Shown here piece by piece: positions 61,821 to 64,000 of a stretch of DNA of 64,000 nt. The notes under the pieces were generated by a model. That model was not told the DNA's origin, did no database searches, and saw only the letters and a list, made by a program, of their open reading frames with translations. The stretch's first letter is position 1. Each line of letters opens with the position of its first letter. The stretch comes from Haplodiscus bocki. Taxonomy: Eukaryota. The stretch covers positions 190,216,001-190,280,000 of the forward strand of contig OZ296648.1 of NCBI GenBank assembly GCA_965655095.1, given 5' to 3'. The translations under genes were made by a program, and so were the position numbers.

Positions 61821-62953
61821 CTTGTCGCCGTCAACGCAGAAAGATGAAAACGACGAGAACGGTGTTTATGGAAGTTCAAGAAGAAACCGACGGAAAACCT
61901 TTTACCATGTATATACCTCTAAAATTGCTTGTGACGGAAGCAATGGCTAAAAACATTGCCATTACTAAACCAGGTATCTATATGAGCGTTGATCATACTT
62001 TTCGTTCAATTTGGAAGAAGTTTTCGTTTGGTTCCTTAGTGAAATTAAACGAGCCATCAGAATGCACGAAATTGTACTGCCAGGGCCTCAAACAAGGCTG
62101 CACATTCTTGGTAATCATAACTCAAGACTTGCAAAATCTTTTGGTCGTGCAAACACTAATTGACTGCCGTGAAAATGTCAGCCAAGCAGTTTACCAACAA
62201 AACAACAGACTCTTATCCAAAATAGTCGGAAAAATACAAAAACCTCACACGTGGTTGTAAAATATTTTTTTCCGATTTGGTACCAAACGAAGCTTTGGGA
62301 GACACTTAGACGGGACTGTTACCTGCCGTTCCTTCGAATGAATTCGAAACTGGTGGCAAGCAGCAGCAGCCGAATCATCGGTCTTTCGGCAATCTTCAAT
62401 GGAAGATTCACATCGTGAATTTTTAGTCTCAAGTCAATCACAGTTCCTGCGCTACGAAACTGGCAAGCTCTTTCTCTTTCTGATTTGGGGATGCACTGAT
62501 CCCACTATACAACTTCGCAAGCGCATTGAGCAATGAGGCCGAGAAAGTAATTTCATCATCATGTTCATTATGAGAAGAGATGCTTTATACGGGAATATAT
62601 GTGCGAAAAATGTACACAGCGTCCCTGAAGTCGAATACCGCTGAGTACGAGCCGTCTCATGGTTAATTTTAAACTTCTGGGAAGCTTTCAAGCACCATTT
62701 TCATGTACGAACCGAGGTGCTCAATTTGAACCTAATTTCCGCTCAAAATTTCTTCGCTCCAGTGAGAAAATTCCCCAATTATGAAAAAAATGGAGACTCT
62801 GCAGACTTCATGTGAGTGCGCTTTCACACCCCTAAAAACAAGACATGCGCTAACTTTCGAAGTTTAATACTTTCAAAGCGTTTATGCGTTCAACATTTAC
62901 AGTTTCGGGGCTTGGAGCGGATAGCAAATGCGTCTATCTAGCCAACCATCCCT

Positions 62954-63043
62954 GTTGGGATTCATCTGCTGCAACTCCTTGGACTTGGGATTCATCTGCT
63001 GTAACTCCTGGGACTTGGCATTTATCTGCTGCGACTTCTTGGA
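62954..63043. repeat. 30-bp minisatellite, 3 copies
   Basis: cttgggattcatctgctgcaactccttgga-like unit x3. Confidence 0.85.
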
Positions 63044-64000
63044 CCTCTTCCTAACTTTTCATATATCTGTCCCGTTTTTGAAGATAGGAAACATGAACAC
63101 CTAAAATGATCTTGCTCTCTTTTTGCAACGTGAATCAGAGAATAGGCTATTAATTTTGACAGTGTAAACTCTTACATTTCCATCATCATTGCAATTCAAT
63201 CCAATTCGAGAGACGCTACTATTGAAACGTTATCATATTTAGCTGAAATGGCAAAACACTATCTTCAAAATAATTATCTTCAAAAGCTCCTTTTTGGAGC
63301 GAATATCATCAGAAATTTACTGCAACTGGTTGAAGTTAACAGTCATTAACTGTATTGAATCGCTTTGTTCTTTCAATATAGTTCCCTAAAAGGGGGCAAC
63401 AAAAGGTTTCTTCTAAGTTGCAAGGGATACTTTCGGATGTCATTAGATACCGGTCAATGTAGGATATATTGTTAATTTTTTTCCTTTTACGCCTCAATTG
63501 CATTTTGGTGTCTCAGCTCTGGAAACTGTGTATGAAAACCCTGAGTCGGCAGTGTCCAGTCAACAGGCGAAATAGAAAAACTTTTCTCAATCTGTTAACC
63601 ATGGGAGGAAGTTGCCCTAATCTGCATGGAGGACTGCCAACTGACGAAAAGTAAAAGGCGCGAAAACGATCGAGCACTAATCTTATGTACGTGCTAGTAG
63701 CCCAGTTAAAATATATTTGCGGGTTTAATTTTTCGCCGCTTCCGGGAAACTTCTCGTATTTTGTGAAAATCGGAGACTGTACACTTGATTTGATTGCCTT
63801 TTCACGCCTATAAAAATGAGGCATGTGGGAATTTTCACACTTTCATAATTTTAAAGCGTCCCATGCATTTAACGTTCACAGTATCGTAGTTATAAACGCA
63901 TAGCCGACGCGTGTATCTATTGAATTGTTACGGAGCGTTGACTGTATACGCTTTTTACAGCAAAAGTTTCGCTAACATCAGTTAAGTCTCTCAAAATCAA

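Noticed and set aside
61814-62260. 148-aa plus-strand ORF next to the LINE fragment
   Set aside because: No recognisable motif or splice structure; a decayed TE remnant cannot be excluded.

Overview
Repeat-rich, AT-rich animal (probably invertebrate) nuclear DNA with one 165-N assembly gap at 28294-28458. One host gene is well supported: a 4-exon tyrosylprotein sulfotransferase (TPST) on the + strand, CDS join 26002-26222, 27584-27993, 47230-47464, 51336-51666 (398 aa). Its 19.2-kb second intron holds a 14.3-kb Polinton/Maverick (adintovirus-like) endogenous virus at 31678-46023. This element has a perfect 6-bp TSD (GACATT) and ~1-kb TIRs. It carries decayed genes for protein-primed PolB, RVE integrase, major capsid, packaging ATPase, two minor-capsid paralogues, an adenain-like protease, an HTH protein and several accessory proteins. 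The first 12.4 kb is a stack of minus-strand retroelements: three CR1/L2-like LINEs and one Penelope-like element. The rest contains an Ingi-like remnant, a hAT MITE, a MULE derivative, tRNA-derived repeats and diverged ~175-bp tandem arrays. The most unusual observations are: (1) a PHD-type zinc finger inserted in frame inside the Penelope RT palm; (2) Polinton TIRs with a 636-bp 100%-identical core between ~85-90%-identical flanks, plus terminal hairpins and a palindrome array; (3) Polinton accessory genes with overlapping PSAP/YPx3L late-domain motifs, an amphipathic helix and a transglutaminase-like motif. All homology calls come from manual motif recognition; no database search was run.
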